Shown: positions 38,281-50,970, counted from the first letter of the stretch. The stretch is 64,000 bases of DNA from Octopus sinensis (GCF_006345805.1 NC_043006.1:2666001-2730000), one strand, 5' to 3'. A program made the numbers and translations. The notes: generated by a model not told the origin, from the sequence alone.

Positions 38281-40955
38281 AATTAATTAATAAGGGTGAG
38301 AGAATTAGATACTAATTTAATAGTATATGTATTCAACACCAGTGGCCTAGTGCTACGAGAAACCTGATTATTATAATATTTTATAACATATTACAATACT
38401 TTTACAAAACAAATATAAAGAGTGGGCAATATATTGCTCACTCTAGCACCAGTTAATCCAAAAGGTTTCAACCACGAAGATACATGTTTCCATGAAAGCC
38501 AGTACGACTGTTAGCTCACACGGACAGGGCAAGTAAAAAATAACAAAAATACAGTTATTTTGGACAATTGTTTCGCTTTATGAATTAAATGTAATATTAC
38601 TTACAAAAAAATCCATTTGTAGCTCGTCACCAAGACTATCTGGATGAAATCCACTCACTCACACGCCCTAGATTTTACCATAACGATAAATACGCGTGTG
38701 GTTCAATTGATTACATCCGACGTTATAATTCAAATGCCCCAACCAACAGCGCGCCAACCTTCACGGAAAACAAATACAGCATTTAGAAATAATGCAGCAT
38801 AATTATAATTAATTAATATAAGGGTGAGAGAATTGATACTAATTTCAATGTATATTTATTCAACACCAAGTGGCTAGTGCTACGAGAAACCTGGATTATT
38901 ATAATATTTTATAACATATTACAATACTTTTACAAAACAAATATAAGAGAGTGGTCATATATTGCTCACTCTAGCACCAGTAATCCAAAAGGTTTCACAA
39001 CCACAAGATACATGTTCCCATGAAAGCCAGTACGACTGTTAGCTCACACGGACAGGGCAATAAAAATAACAAAAATACAGATTATTTTGTGACAATTGTT
39101 TCGCTATTAATGAATTAATGTAATAATTACTTACAAAAAAATCCATTTGTAGCTCGTCAGCCAAGACTATCTGGATGAAATCCACTCAATCACACGCCAG
39201 ATTTTACCATAACGATAAATACACGCGTGTGGTTCAATTGATTACATCCGACGTTATAATTCAAATGCCCCAACCAACAGCGCGCCAAACTTTCACGGAA
39301 AACAAATACAGCATTTAGAAATAAATGCAGCATAATTATAATTAATTAATAAGGGTGAGAGAATTAGATACTAATTTAATAGTATATTTATTCAACACCA
39401 AGTGGCCTAGTGCTACGAGAAACCTGGATTATTATAATATTTTATAACATATTACAATACTTTTACAAAACAAATATAAAGAGTGGTCAATATTTGCTCA
39501 CTCTAGCACCAGTTAATCCAAAAGTTTCAACAACCACGAAGATACATGTTTCCCATGAAAGCCAGTACGACTGTTAGCTCACACGGACAGGGCAAGTAAA
39601 AATAAAAAAAATACAGATTATTTTGGGACAATTGTTTTCGCTATAATGAATTAAATGTAATATTACTTACAAAAAAATCCATTGTAGCTCGTCAGCCAAG
39701 ACTATCTGGATGAAATCCACTCAATCACACGCCAGATTTTACCATAACGATAAATAACGCGTGTGGTTCAATTGATTACATCCGACTGTATAATTCAAAT
39801 TGCCCCAACCAACAGCGCGCCAACTTTCACGAAAACAAATACAGCATTTAGAAATAATGCAGCATAATTATAATTAATTAATAAGGGTGAGAGAATAGAT
39901 ACTAATTTAATAGTTATTTATTCAACACCAAGTGGCCTAGTGCTACGAGAAACCTGGATTATTATAATATTTTATAACATAATTACAATACTTTTACAAA
40001 ACAAATATAAGAGAGTGGTCAATATATTGCTCACTCTAGCACCATTAATCCAAAAGGTTTCAACCACGAAGATACATTTTCCATGAAAGCCAGTACGACT
40101 GTTAGCTCACACTGACAGGGCAAGTAAAAAATAACAAAAATACAGATTATTTGGACAATTGTTTCGCTATTAATGAATTAAATGTAATATTACTTACAAA
40201 AACCTTTGTAGCTCGTCAGCCAAGACTATCTGGATGAAATCCACTCAATCACACGCCAGATTTTACCATAACGATAAATACGCGTGTGGTTCAATTGATT
40301 ACATCCGACGTTATAATTCAAATGCCCCAACCAACAGCGCGCCAAACTTTCACGGAAAACAAATACAGCATTTAGAAATAAATGCAGCATAATTATAATT
40401 AATTAATAAGGGTGAGAGAATTAGATACTAATTTAATAGTATATTTATTCAACACCAAGTGGCCTAGTGCTTACGAGAAACCTGGATTATTATAATTTTA
40501 TAACATATTACAATACTTTTACAAAACAAATATAGAGAGTGGTAATATATTGCTCACTCTAGCACCAGTTAATCCAAAAGGTTTCAACCACGAAGATACA
40601 TGTTTCCCATGAAAGCCAGTACGACTGTTAGCTCACACGGACAGGGCAAGTAAAAAATAACAAAAATACAGATTAGTTTGGGACATTGTTTCGCTATTAA
40701 TGAATTAAATGTAATATTACTTACAAAAAAATCCATTTGTAGCTCGTCAGCCAAGACTATCTGGATGAAATCCCCTCAATCACACGCCAGATTTTACCAT
40801 AACGATAAATACGCGTGTGGTTCAATTGATTACATCCGACGTTATAATTCAAATGCCCCAACCAACAGCGCGCCAATGTATCTTCGTGGTTGAAACCTTT
40901 TGGATTAACTGGTGCTAGAGTGAGCAATATATTGACCACTCTCTTATATTTGTTG
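38281..40955 (-). mobile_element. Tandem array of ~4.9 copies of a ~530-bp non-coding unit, each with a type I HHR, ending in an inverted 79-bp unit fragment (retrozyme-like / Penelope pLTR-like)
   Basis: The agggtgagag marker recurs at 38293, 38821, 39352, 39884, 40409. 40877-40955 is the reverse complement of ~40526-40601. (TA)n flanks both ends. Confidence 0.85.
39078..39173 (-). ncRNA. Type I hammerhead ribozyme, array unit 2 (others at 38552-38642 with a core indel, 39614-39708, 40143-40232, 40669-40763)
   Basis: By-eye consensus: CAGAUAGUCUUGG-CUGACGA-[GCUA...UAGC long stem II]-GAAA-CAAUUG-UC^-CCAAAAUAAUCUG. Canonical CUGANGA/GAAA/GUC core; stems I and II pair. Confidence 0.85.
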
Positions 40956-40984
40956 TGTTATATATATATATATATATCTAATGA

Positions 40985-41310
40985 CGGCGCATGCCCCAGT
41001 AGTTAGTGTGCTATCATATGATTGTGGTTTCAATTCCTGGATCAGGTGGTGGATTGTGTTCTTGAACAAAGCACTTTATTTCTTGTTTCTCTGTGATCAC
41101 TTTGACACCTGACACGGGGCACACTGTGGGGCCACCGTAGCACACTGTGCCACATGTCAGATGTTAAAAGGATCAGGCAATGTTAATTTGATGGCACTAG
41201 TGAGCTGAGGCACAGCACATTCGTCTGATCCCTATAAACAAATATCATCTGTGCAGGTTGTTCAGAAAAGAAATTGCAGGCCCTCGTCTGTAGACTAAAC
41301 AGGAGAGGCT
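40985..41310 (+). mobile_element. tRNA-derived SINE family 3 (other pieces 44960-45235 -, 46548-46712 +, 47130-47237 +, 53925-54070 -, 54775-54897 +)
   Basis: ggcgcatg...agtagttagtgtg...gtggtttcaattcctgg (A/B-box-like), then ttgtgttcttgaacaaagcacttt shared among copies. Confidence 0.7.
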
Positions 41311-41335
41311 TTCATGTGTGTGTGTTTGTGTATAC

Positions 41336-41798
41336 AGGTGCAGGCATGGCTGTATGATAAGAAGTTTCCTTCCCAACCTTATGGTTACAGGTTCAGTCCC
41401 ACTGCGTGGCACCTTGGGCAAGTGTCTTCTACTATAGCTTCGGGTTGACCAAAGCCTTGTTAGTGGATTTGGTAGACAGAAACTGAAAGAAGCCCGTTGT
41501 ATGTTATATGTATATATTTATATATGCCCATTGTATGTGTATATATATGTGTATGTATATATGTCATGTGTGTCTTTGTGTTTGTCCCCATCACCACCGC
41601 TGCTTGACAACTTCTGTTCGTTAGTTTTTGCCCCTGCAACTTAGCAGTTTGACGAAAGAGGCTGATAGAATAAATAGCAGACTTTAACTAATATATATAT
41701 AAGTACTGGGGTTGATTTGTTTGACTAAACCCTTCAAGGTGGTGCTCCAGCATGACTACAGTTCAGTAAGTGAAACAAGTAAAAGATAAAGAATAAAA
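41336..41798 (+). mobile_element. SINE family 1
   Basis: Full match to family. Confidence 0.9.
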
Positions 41799-42774
41799 GC
41801 TACATACACACATATTCATACATGCATATATTTATGCATGCGTATATAAATTTATTTGTGTGTGTGTGTTATGTATACATTTTTTTTATGTGCCCTTTTC
41901 AAGCCTAGCCAGGCTCATGGGCCTGGTTTCCCGGTTTCTGTGGTGTATCTGTTCCCCTGGCTGGATGGGACACCAGTCCATCGCAGCGTTACTCAAGAAA
42001 CAGGAAGAAAGAGTGAGAGAAAGTTGGGGCGAAAGAGTACAACAGGGTAACCTTTCTTTTGCCAAACTTTAGCAGCTTTCAGGAAATACCATTTCTAAAC
42101 AGATTGCCTACAAATTTGATTTTATTAGTGCCATTTTCTTCTCTTCTTCTGTTGTGTGAACTTTTGCTGAAATCTTCCATCCAAACTGCCCAAATATCTT
42201 AATACAGCTGTAATCATAACTATTTTCACTTCTTCCCTGCCTCTCGTCTGACTAAATATGCATTTATATATATTTGAAATAGTTGGAAAATCACATCAGA
42301 GTACTGTGTATCTGCTTAGATAAGGTAGTGGTAAAAACTGTACAGTATGAATTAGGACTAAGCTATTTATTTTACTCACTCTCAATAAATAAATTGTTTA
42401 TATTGCTAGTATTTCTGCCGAAAGCACCTTAGTCATTGCTCTGGTCAAGTACTGGAATTCAGATTTCTTTCAAACATCACTCCGTCATTCATGGATTTCT
42501 AAACCTGCCATAGAATCATATTTGTTTGGTAGCTTTCATGAAATAGCATTTCCAACATGACTTTGGTGTTCTGAGCAGATTATTTCCTCTTCTCACGGAC
42601 GGATTCCTTTGAAGAAAAAAAACCCATTGAGTTCCTCAGTTTATCTTTTTGTCACTAGAAGGATCAATTCTAGTGAGTAACCCTGTGTAGTCACAGACAG
42701 GATCATCGGCTTCAAATGAATAAATAAACTTTGCTCCCTGTATTGAGTGATTTTACCCCCATTAGTATAGACAT

Positions 42775-42945
42775 AGGAGCAGGTGTAGCTGTAGCCACGA
42801 AGTTTGTTTCCCAACCATGTGATCTTGAGTTCAGTCCCACTGTGTGACACCTTGGGCATGGGTCTTCAACTATGGCTCTGGGTTAATCAAAGACTTCTGA
42901 GTGGATTTGGTAGACAGAAACTGAAAGACGTCTACCATGAATATG

Positions 42946-42984
<39 letters not shown>

Positions 42985-43245
42985 GTGCGTGCACGTGCAC
43001 ATGGATGCATGTATGTCTTTGTGCTTGTGTTTGTTGTCTACCACCACTCAACAACCAGTGTTGGTAGATTTATGTCCCCATAACTTATCAGTTTGGCAAA
43101 AGAGACTGATAGAATAAGTACCAGGCTTCAAAAAATAGGCACTAGGGTTAATTTGTTCCGCTAAGCCCTTCAAGGCAGAACCCCAGCATGGCTGCAATCC
43201 AATGACTGAAGCAAGTGAAAGATAAAAAGATAAAAGAAAGATAAA
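42775..43245 (+). mobile_element. SINE family 1
   Basis: Full match to family. Confidence 0.88.
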
Positions 43246-43299
43246 GCTTGGAGTTATAATCGCAACTTTTTGAAATTTTTTCCCTCACTAGATTACATA

Positions 43300-43516
43300 T
43301 TCTTTTATTTGTTTCAGTCATTTGACTGTGGCCATGCTGGAACACTGCTTTTAGTCGAGCAAATTAACCCCAGGACTTAGCACTTATTCTATTGGCCTCT
43401 CTTGGCAAACCGCTAAGTGACAGGGACGTAAACACACCAGCATCGGTTGTCATGAGAGGTTGAGGGGGACAAACACAAACACATAAACATATACATACAT
43501 ACATACATACATACAC

Positions 43517-43547
<31 letters not shown>

Positions 43548-43712
43548 CGATGGGCTTCTTTCAGTTTCCATCTACCAAATCCACTCACAATGCTTTGGTT
43601 GGCCCAAGGCTATAGTAGAAGACACTTGCCCAAGGTGCCACTCAGTGGGACTGAACCCAGAACCATGTGGTTGGTAAGCAAGCTACTTACCACACAGCCA
43701 CTCCTGCACCTA
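43300..43712 (-). mobile_element. SINE family 1, tail-to-tail with the preceding copy
   Basis: Full match to family. Confidence 0.9.
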
Positions 43713-44152
43713 TATGTGAATTTCTTTGATATATTACACACTTCATACAAATGTGCCCATAAAGTATTATTCCTTCTACCCATCGTACACTCACTCAATG
43801 TATATACCCCGGCTCTCTTACAATATAAAGTGACCCTTACAGCAGATTAACTAGATAACACCAGATAGCAGATAAACTAGGTGAAATCTGTGTTAAGAGG
43901 GTGACTGACATTGTTGACTTGTGTGTGTGCCCCACCTACCCCTGTCTTTGAGTATTAGTGCAGGGGTAGTATATTCTGGGTGAGTGAGCAACAAATTTGA
44001 ACTCTACCTCATTAGACATTTTCAGCCTTTCATTGACCAACTCTGATGAACCTGCTGCTTTCTTTGTCTTCATATCTTTACAGCCATTTTAATCTTACAA
44101 CTGTCCACCACCATGGCTGTTCCTCTGTTGTGTAAACTTGGTGTAGTTCTCT

Positions 44153-44186
<34 letters not shown>

Positions 44187-45275
44187 CCCACACATTTTCT
44201 ACATTCAGCAGTCTCTCAATGTAATGGTTCCCAGCCACTTTATTCACACCATTCCCTGTTCTGAAATTCAAAACACTTCAGGTCTGTGTGATCCTCTTGA
44301 CACAGAATATTGGTAAACCTCTTGCTTTTGGCTTCTCTCCATTCTATGTAAGCTTACTGCTTAGCCTCTCTTTTGGCTAGATTTTGTTCCTTGTCTTTTA
44401 GTCTTTATATTACCTATTGTCTGGATGGAACCACATCTGTTTTCAGAAATTGGGGATTTCTGATAACAGGGTGGGGGTGGGGGGGTTCCACAAGACAACT
44501 CCCTTACAACTCCTCTGTTATAAGTCTCTATCTTCTCCAGCTGATCATATGTGTCACCTGCAACATCTCTGAACCTATGTTTAGCATAAGGATATTTCAA
44601 TTTACCCACCTTTCTCCAGGCTGTCTGTTGTCACTCAATCTGTTTAGAATTTATTTTTAGATCACTAGACTCATATCCATGTTGAGTGGTACTCTAGGTC
44701 TCTAGGCATTCACAACCATCTGACTATTCTGTTTCCTGGTGAGAATGAAACCTATCTTGCATGCTAGATGGTTAGCTCATTTGTGTCACAGAACCCCAGA
44801 AGTCTTAATCCCTCCTCATGGTATGGTACAACTTATCTATTGATGCCAGTGGTTTGTGGGTGAGGTTCATAAAAATAGTCTTGTTGCTCATCACTTTCTC
44901 TCAATTGTAGTGTGTGTGTGTGTGTGTGTTGTGTGTGTGTATGTGCAGGTATGTTTATGAATATGTATTACTGTATCGACCTGATTGTCAGATGGTGTTA
45001 TACACCACTGGTCACAATGCATTTCCTTGCATTGTTATAGCTTTTGAATGATGCCACCCCAATGGGTAGATGGTCAGGCCAACATTTCCCCTGAACAGAA
45101 TGTCAGTCCATTGCAAGTTTGCCTATTTAGAGCTGAGTGGCCTGGAGCAAACACAACACACCACAAGTCTGGGAATTGAAACCACAATTCTGTTATTATG
45201 AGTGCAACACTGTAACTACCAGGCCACATGCCTTTGCATATTAATGTGTGTGTGTGTGTGTGTGTGTGTGTTATA

Positions 45276-45427
45276 ATGGCTGCATGGTAAGTAGCTTGCT
45301 TCCCAAGCACATGGTTCTGGGTTCAGCCCCACTGTATGGCATCTTGGGCAAGTGTCTTCTACTATAGCCTCAGGCCAACCAAAGCCTTGTGAGTGGATTT
45401 GGTAGATGGAAACTCAAAGAAGCTTGT

Positions 45428-45501
<74 letters not shown>

Positions 45502-45959
45502 GAAATATGTTACAAAAAGAAAATATAAAATACACGTGGAAATGTAAGGGTAAAATATGAAAAACCAACGAAAATGCATATTGCAAATAGAAAAAGGCTA
45601 TTAATGACAGGTAGCGACAAATATATACATTTAGATTGACTGAGGTAGTAATACGAGTCATAAAAGTCATTATTATGAGATGATTATAAGATGATAATAA
45701 AGTAAGAGAACAAAACGGACCATGGTTTCCACAAAAAGCTATTCATCGTTTGAACAACACCAATGAATAGCTTTTTGTGGAAACCATGGTCCGTTTTGTT
45801 CTCTTACTTTATTATCATCTTATAATCATCTCATAATAATGACTTTTATGACTCGTATTACTACCTCAGTCAATCTAAATGTATATATTTGTCGCTACCT
45901 GTCATTAATAGCCTTTTTCTATTTGCAATATGCATTTTCGTTGATTTTTCATATTTTAC

Positions 45960-46002
<43 letters not shown>

Positions 46003-46226
46003 AGTGTGTGTATTATGTATGTATTGTGTGTCTGTGTTTGTCCCCCCGACCATCACTTGACAACTGATGTTGGTGTGTTTATGTCTTTGTAACTTAGCGG
46101 TTCAGCAAAAGAGACTGATGGAATAAGTACTAGGCTTACAAAGAAGAAGTCCTGGGGTCGATTTGTTCCACTAAAGGTGGTGATCCAGCATGGCCGCAGT
46201 CAAAAGACTGGAACAAGTAAAAGAAT
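45276..46226 (+). mobile_element. SINE family 1 split by a palindromic insertion in its (TA)n
   Basis: Head 45276-45430; tail 46000-46226. Confidence 0.85.
45498..45961 (-). mobile_element. Penelope-like pseudo-LTR remnant forming a 199-bp-arm palindrome
   Basis: Arms 45548-45746 and 45763-45961 (one mismatch seen), 16-bp spacer, HHR 3' half GAAA C CATG GTC, unique tail 45498-45547, (TA)n both sides. Confidence 0.7.
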
Positions 46227-46714
46227 ATATCAAAAGGATGAGTTATAATATCCTTCCACATCTACAAAAGCAGCCATACCAACAATCCACCATACCTCCA
46301 TCATCAGCGGCCCCACGGATATCATTATGGTTTCAACACCAGGGTGGTACCATTTAATCTGACAGTGTCAACAGCACTAAAACAAGTGTTGTTTGGGAAC
46401 AAACAAACCAAAGAAACCACAACTTTCAAACACATTTACCCTACGTACAACTGTATCGGTAAATAAATTCAATAAGTAAATTACAACGATCACCTAAATA
46501 CTTAACTAAACACTGACCAATCCATTAAGTCATACAAAAATTGCTATCTCAGTGGTTAGAGTGTTGCGCTCACAATTGCTAGATTGTGGGTTCGATTCCT
46601 CGATCAAGTGGTCAATTGTGTTCTTGAGCCAAAAAAACCTTCACTTCCTGTTGTTCCACTCCACTCAACTGTAAATGTGATGGACTAGCCTTCCAATCAG
46701 GGGCAATGTTTGCC

Positions 46715-47130
46715 AGATCAAAACCTATTGAGGCCCTAAGCACTTACAAGATTCTGGTGCCCCCATTTATGTGTAATTAAAAATATAAACAACAATATAA
46801 CCATAAAATAAATTGTTATTTTTCAAAATGAAATGAAATTAACAGTAAAATGGAAAATAATGTTTATTTTTGTCTCCTTCTTCTTTATTTATATTTGAAA
46901 AGTTCTCTCCTTTTTTTAATTGCAAAGTCTTTGATCAGATTCTCACTATGGTACCATGAACACTTTGAGGTTATATTCCTGATCATATAAACCACTTTGG
47001 ATATTATTTTAGCTAGTTTAAAGTGATTTCTTTTGTGCCATAAACCATTTACCATTTCTTTGGTGCTCTCTTTTTTCCCTTGATGCCCTAAGCACGTGCT
47101 TATTTTGCTTAATGGTTAATGCAGTAGTGC
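46715..47130. mobile_element. Probable degenerate hAT-type MITE interrupting a family 3 SINE
   Basis: gccctaagcac and tggtgc motifs repeated near both ends; SINE halves on either side. Confidence 0.4.
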
Positions 47131-49387
47131 CAGCAGAGTGGAATCACTCAAAGGCTAGAAATGAGGCAAAAGCGCATTGTGACCAGTGATGTACAATAAC
47201 ATCTGACAGTCTGGTTGATCATGTGATCATGTGATATATTTTGAGTAATTCTATTTTTTATATATTCAAAGAGTTAAAGAAATTGTGTAAATGAGTGTGA
47301 AACCATTTTCCTTTATTCATCTGAGGTTTTACATCTTTTTTCTCTATGTTGGTCCAATCTGCACAGATTTTTCCTATTGTCTTCCTTCATCAGAATGTAA
47401 CCTTGTTAGTTGTTTTTATCTAATTATCTTTGTTAATTTATATATCATTTGGCTGAATTCTGCCTCTGTTATCAATGTAATCTAATGCTGTTTGCCATCA
47501 GAAGTATAACTGCTTCATCGCTCCTTCACCGTCTCATGGCTCTCTATTAACTCTTGACACTCGACTGTAGCTGTGCAATAGGACTTCTCCACTGACTTGA
47601 GTAAACCAAAGCAGCAGTCCATAGCCTTTGAACTTGGCTAGTTCCAGCTGTGTGATGCACCAAAAGTGGAGATTCAGTGGCAATGTACTCAGAATTTACT
47701 GCAGTTTTCTTATGCACCTTTTGATTGCATTCTTTCTATAATATTGACTCTGTGTGTGTGTGTGTGTATAGAGAGGAAGAGAGAGAAAGATCCATACATA
47801 TATATATATGTACATATCTTTAATCTACTGCACAGCTAACCTTCTTGTGTTATGTGTCCTACTGCTACTACCTATATCATGTGGCTGTGATTAGAAGCTA
47901 AACTACCTCATGACATGATATTAGCTATATGTGTGTGGTGGGGAGAGAGGGAGAGGGAGAGAGAGAGAGTGTGTGTGTGTGTGTTTCTTCAATTTTATTA
48001 TTGGCAGTTAAAAGTGGGTATTAACAAACAGCTTTTCTGCATGTATACCTTTGAAAAAAACTCCATTTTTCTAATGTTCTTTAGAAATCCTGATCTACCA
48101 CTATTGGAGCAGTAATGGACTTCTGGGGTTTTACTCCAGTGAACAGTAAATTTTTAAAATATTTCATTATCAATAATTTTGAATACTTTTCTTTTGTTGT
48201 TGTTGTTTTTAAAGGAAATAAATACCTAACATTTTACCTAACATTTAATGTAAGTGAAACAGGAGAATTTATTTAAAAAAAAAGTTATCTGATATATTTT
48301 TTTCTGCTAACTGATGTATTAAATCCCAACATGAAAAAACAACAACTAAAAAAAGACAATTTTTTTTTTCTTTATTTAAAAAAAATAAATGCTGTGATAA
48401 AATATTTTATTTCACATTCTGAATCGTTATATTGATTTGTACATTTAAATATTCCAGGAATTAAATTGGTTTCAGTGGAATGGTGTTTTTTTTTTCCTTT
48501 TTGTATAAATTGTGTATATATGCTGTGTGTTTTACCCATTATACATGTAATATAGCATTGTATTATTTTCTCGGCTTGGCTCATGGTGTGAGTGATACTA
48601 ACATGTATGTACGCTGCTTCACTGCATCACATCTCTCTTCTCCGTGCTGGCAATCTTCCATTTAACAGTTAACCACTCAGATTTATGCTGGGCTAAGCTG
48701 AAGAAATGCATCAGTCAATTCTGTTGTTTTATACCCCCCCCCCCCCGCCCCCTCCCCCAACCCCACATTCTTCCTCCCCTCCCATCCATCTCCAGTCATC
48801 CCCATTGGTTCCTGCTTCTGCCTCTCTATCCCCGTCTTCCTGCGTGAAGCCAGCCTAGCTACATTTCATCGGCCATACGACTAGCACTGTGTGTGTCTGC
48901 AGGTTGATTTGGCACAGTCACTCATGCAGAAAGCTAGATTCTGGTTGAGTAACTGGCAAGCAGAACTAAGTCTGGGTCTTTTAGTGATACTTTGATAGGC
49001 TGTCTTAAACTCGGAGTCTCCCCTTTTCCCCCCCTTTCTCTCCTACTCCTTCTATGGCTTTCCTTGCCACTTTCAAAAGAAATGACCCCAAAATAAAAAA
49101 TTTTCCTGAGAAGTAACTTTCAGAATGTATGCTTATCAACTGCTGCTACTAACAACAATCTCAATGCAAATTTAAATGTAATTGTGATTCTGCGGAGAAC
49201 ACTGAACCAAATGGAAATGTTTAAAGATTTATCACTTGGCACCATTTGATATACTTCCAAAATTATCACTCCATCTTTCTTGTTTCTAACAGTATTTTTC
49301 ATGCTTATATATACAAGCACGAGAAATACTTTTAGAAACAATAAAGATGGATATATGTATATATTACATATATATATTGTATATATA

Positions 49388-49594
49388 CTCTTACTCTTTT
49401 ACTTGTTTCAGTCATTTGACTGCGGCCATGCTGGAGCACCGCCTTTAGTCGAGCAAATCGACCCCGGGACTTATTCTTTGTAAGCCCAGTACTTATTCTA
49501 TCGGTCTCTTTTGCCGAACCGCTAAGTGACGGGGACGTAAACACACCAGCATCGGTTGTCAAGCAATGCTAGGGGAACAAACACAGACACACAA

Positions 49595-49625
<31 letters not shown>

Positions 49626-49798
49626 CATATATACGACAGGCTTCTTTCAGTTTCCGTCTACCAAATCCACTCACAAGGCATTGGTCGACCCGGGGCTATA
49701 GCAGAAGACACTTGCCCAAGATGCCACGCAGTGGGACTGAACCCGGAACCATGTGGTTGGTTAGCAAGCTACTTACTACACAGCCACTCCTGCGCCTA
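49388..49798 (-). mobile_element. Young, CpG-rich SINE family 1 copy
   Basis: Best-preserved copy; tail (ttactct)n, head ends tgcgcc. Confidence 0.93.
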
Positions 49799-49826
49799 TA
49801 TATTATATATGTATATATGTATATAC

Positions 49827-49906
<80 letters not shown>

Positions 49907-50252
49907 TTTTTTCCAAGGAATCTAATGCTCTTAGCTTAATTTTTCCTTGGGGCTGGCCAGTTTGGAGCAATCTCAAGATTAATCAGCCGAAATTGCAAGG
50001 ATAATTCAGTTCTTGACTGAGGATAGAAAGCTTTGAATGACCCGTCCTTGTTTTTTTTGCATCGTCTATCTGGATGCTTTGTTGTCCCTTTTTGTATCAC
50101 CTAGTTGTCTGGATGTTTTGTGTTCTTGTCACATTTTGTATTTTATATATATATGTTCCACGTCCTTGCGTTGTTGTGTTTTCCCTTTTCATGTTTGGAT
50201 TAACTTTATATATATATATATATGAAGTATATATATATATGTATATTTAAAG

Positions 50253-50287
<35 letters not shown>

Positions 50288-50867
50288 AAAGTATATATAT
50301 ATACTTTCTATATTATTATTAAAGCTGCAGAAACATCACTAAAACTGCTACTCAGAGTTTCATGTTTCCATTTGTCGGAGAGTTTAAACTGACTTTGTTT
50401 CTGTGTTCATCCCCTTACCATCACTTGACAACCGATGTTGGTGTGTTTATGTCCCCATAACTTAGTGATTCGGCAAAAGAAACTGATAGGATAAGTGCTA
50501 GGCTTACAAAGAATAAGTCCTGGGGTTGATTTGTTTGACTAAAACCCTTCAAAGTGTTGCTCCAGCATGGCTAGCACGTCTCATTTTGTTATGCTTTGGT
50601 CCCCTTCTTGGCAAAGTTTTTGCCGGTGCCTCCAGCCCCCAGAGTGGAAGCAATATCATCAGTAATGGCTGAAATTGCACCTTGACCCTCTGGCCGATAA
50701 CTGATGAGAAGATGGTGACCTTCTGTGTTTTCTGTTTGCCTGAGTATTTAGTATATGTTTGTTTCTTTATTTACTACACGTTTTTTTTTTCTTTCAATTA
50801 TATACATATATAGCTGTGTCAATTTTTCCATTTCTTGCCTTCTTTTATTTAATCCTGAAAGAAAAGA

Positions 50868-50892
50868 ATATATATATATATATATATGATAT

Positions 50893-50927
<35 letters not shown>

Positions 50928-50970
50928 CATATATATATGATATATATACATATATATATATATGATATAC

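Noticed and set aside
38281-40955. CRISPR array or protein-coding repeat
   Set aside because: Whole units repeat with no unique spacers, the context is eukaryotic, and no ORF is conserved across units.
44340-44620. Possible RLE-type LINE C-terminal relic
   Set aside because: Similarity too faint to support without a profile search.
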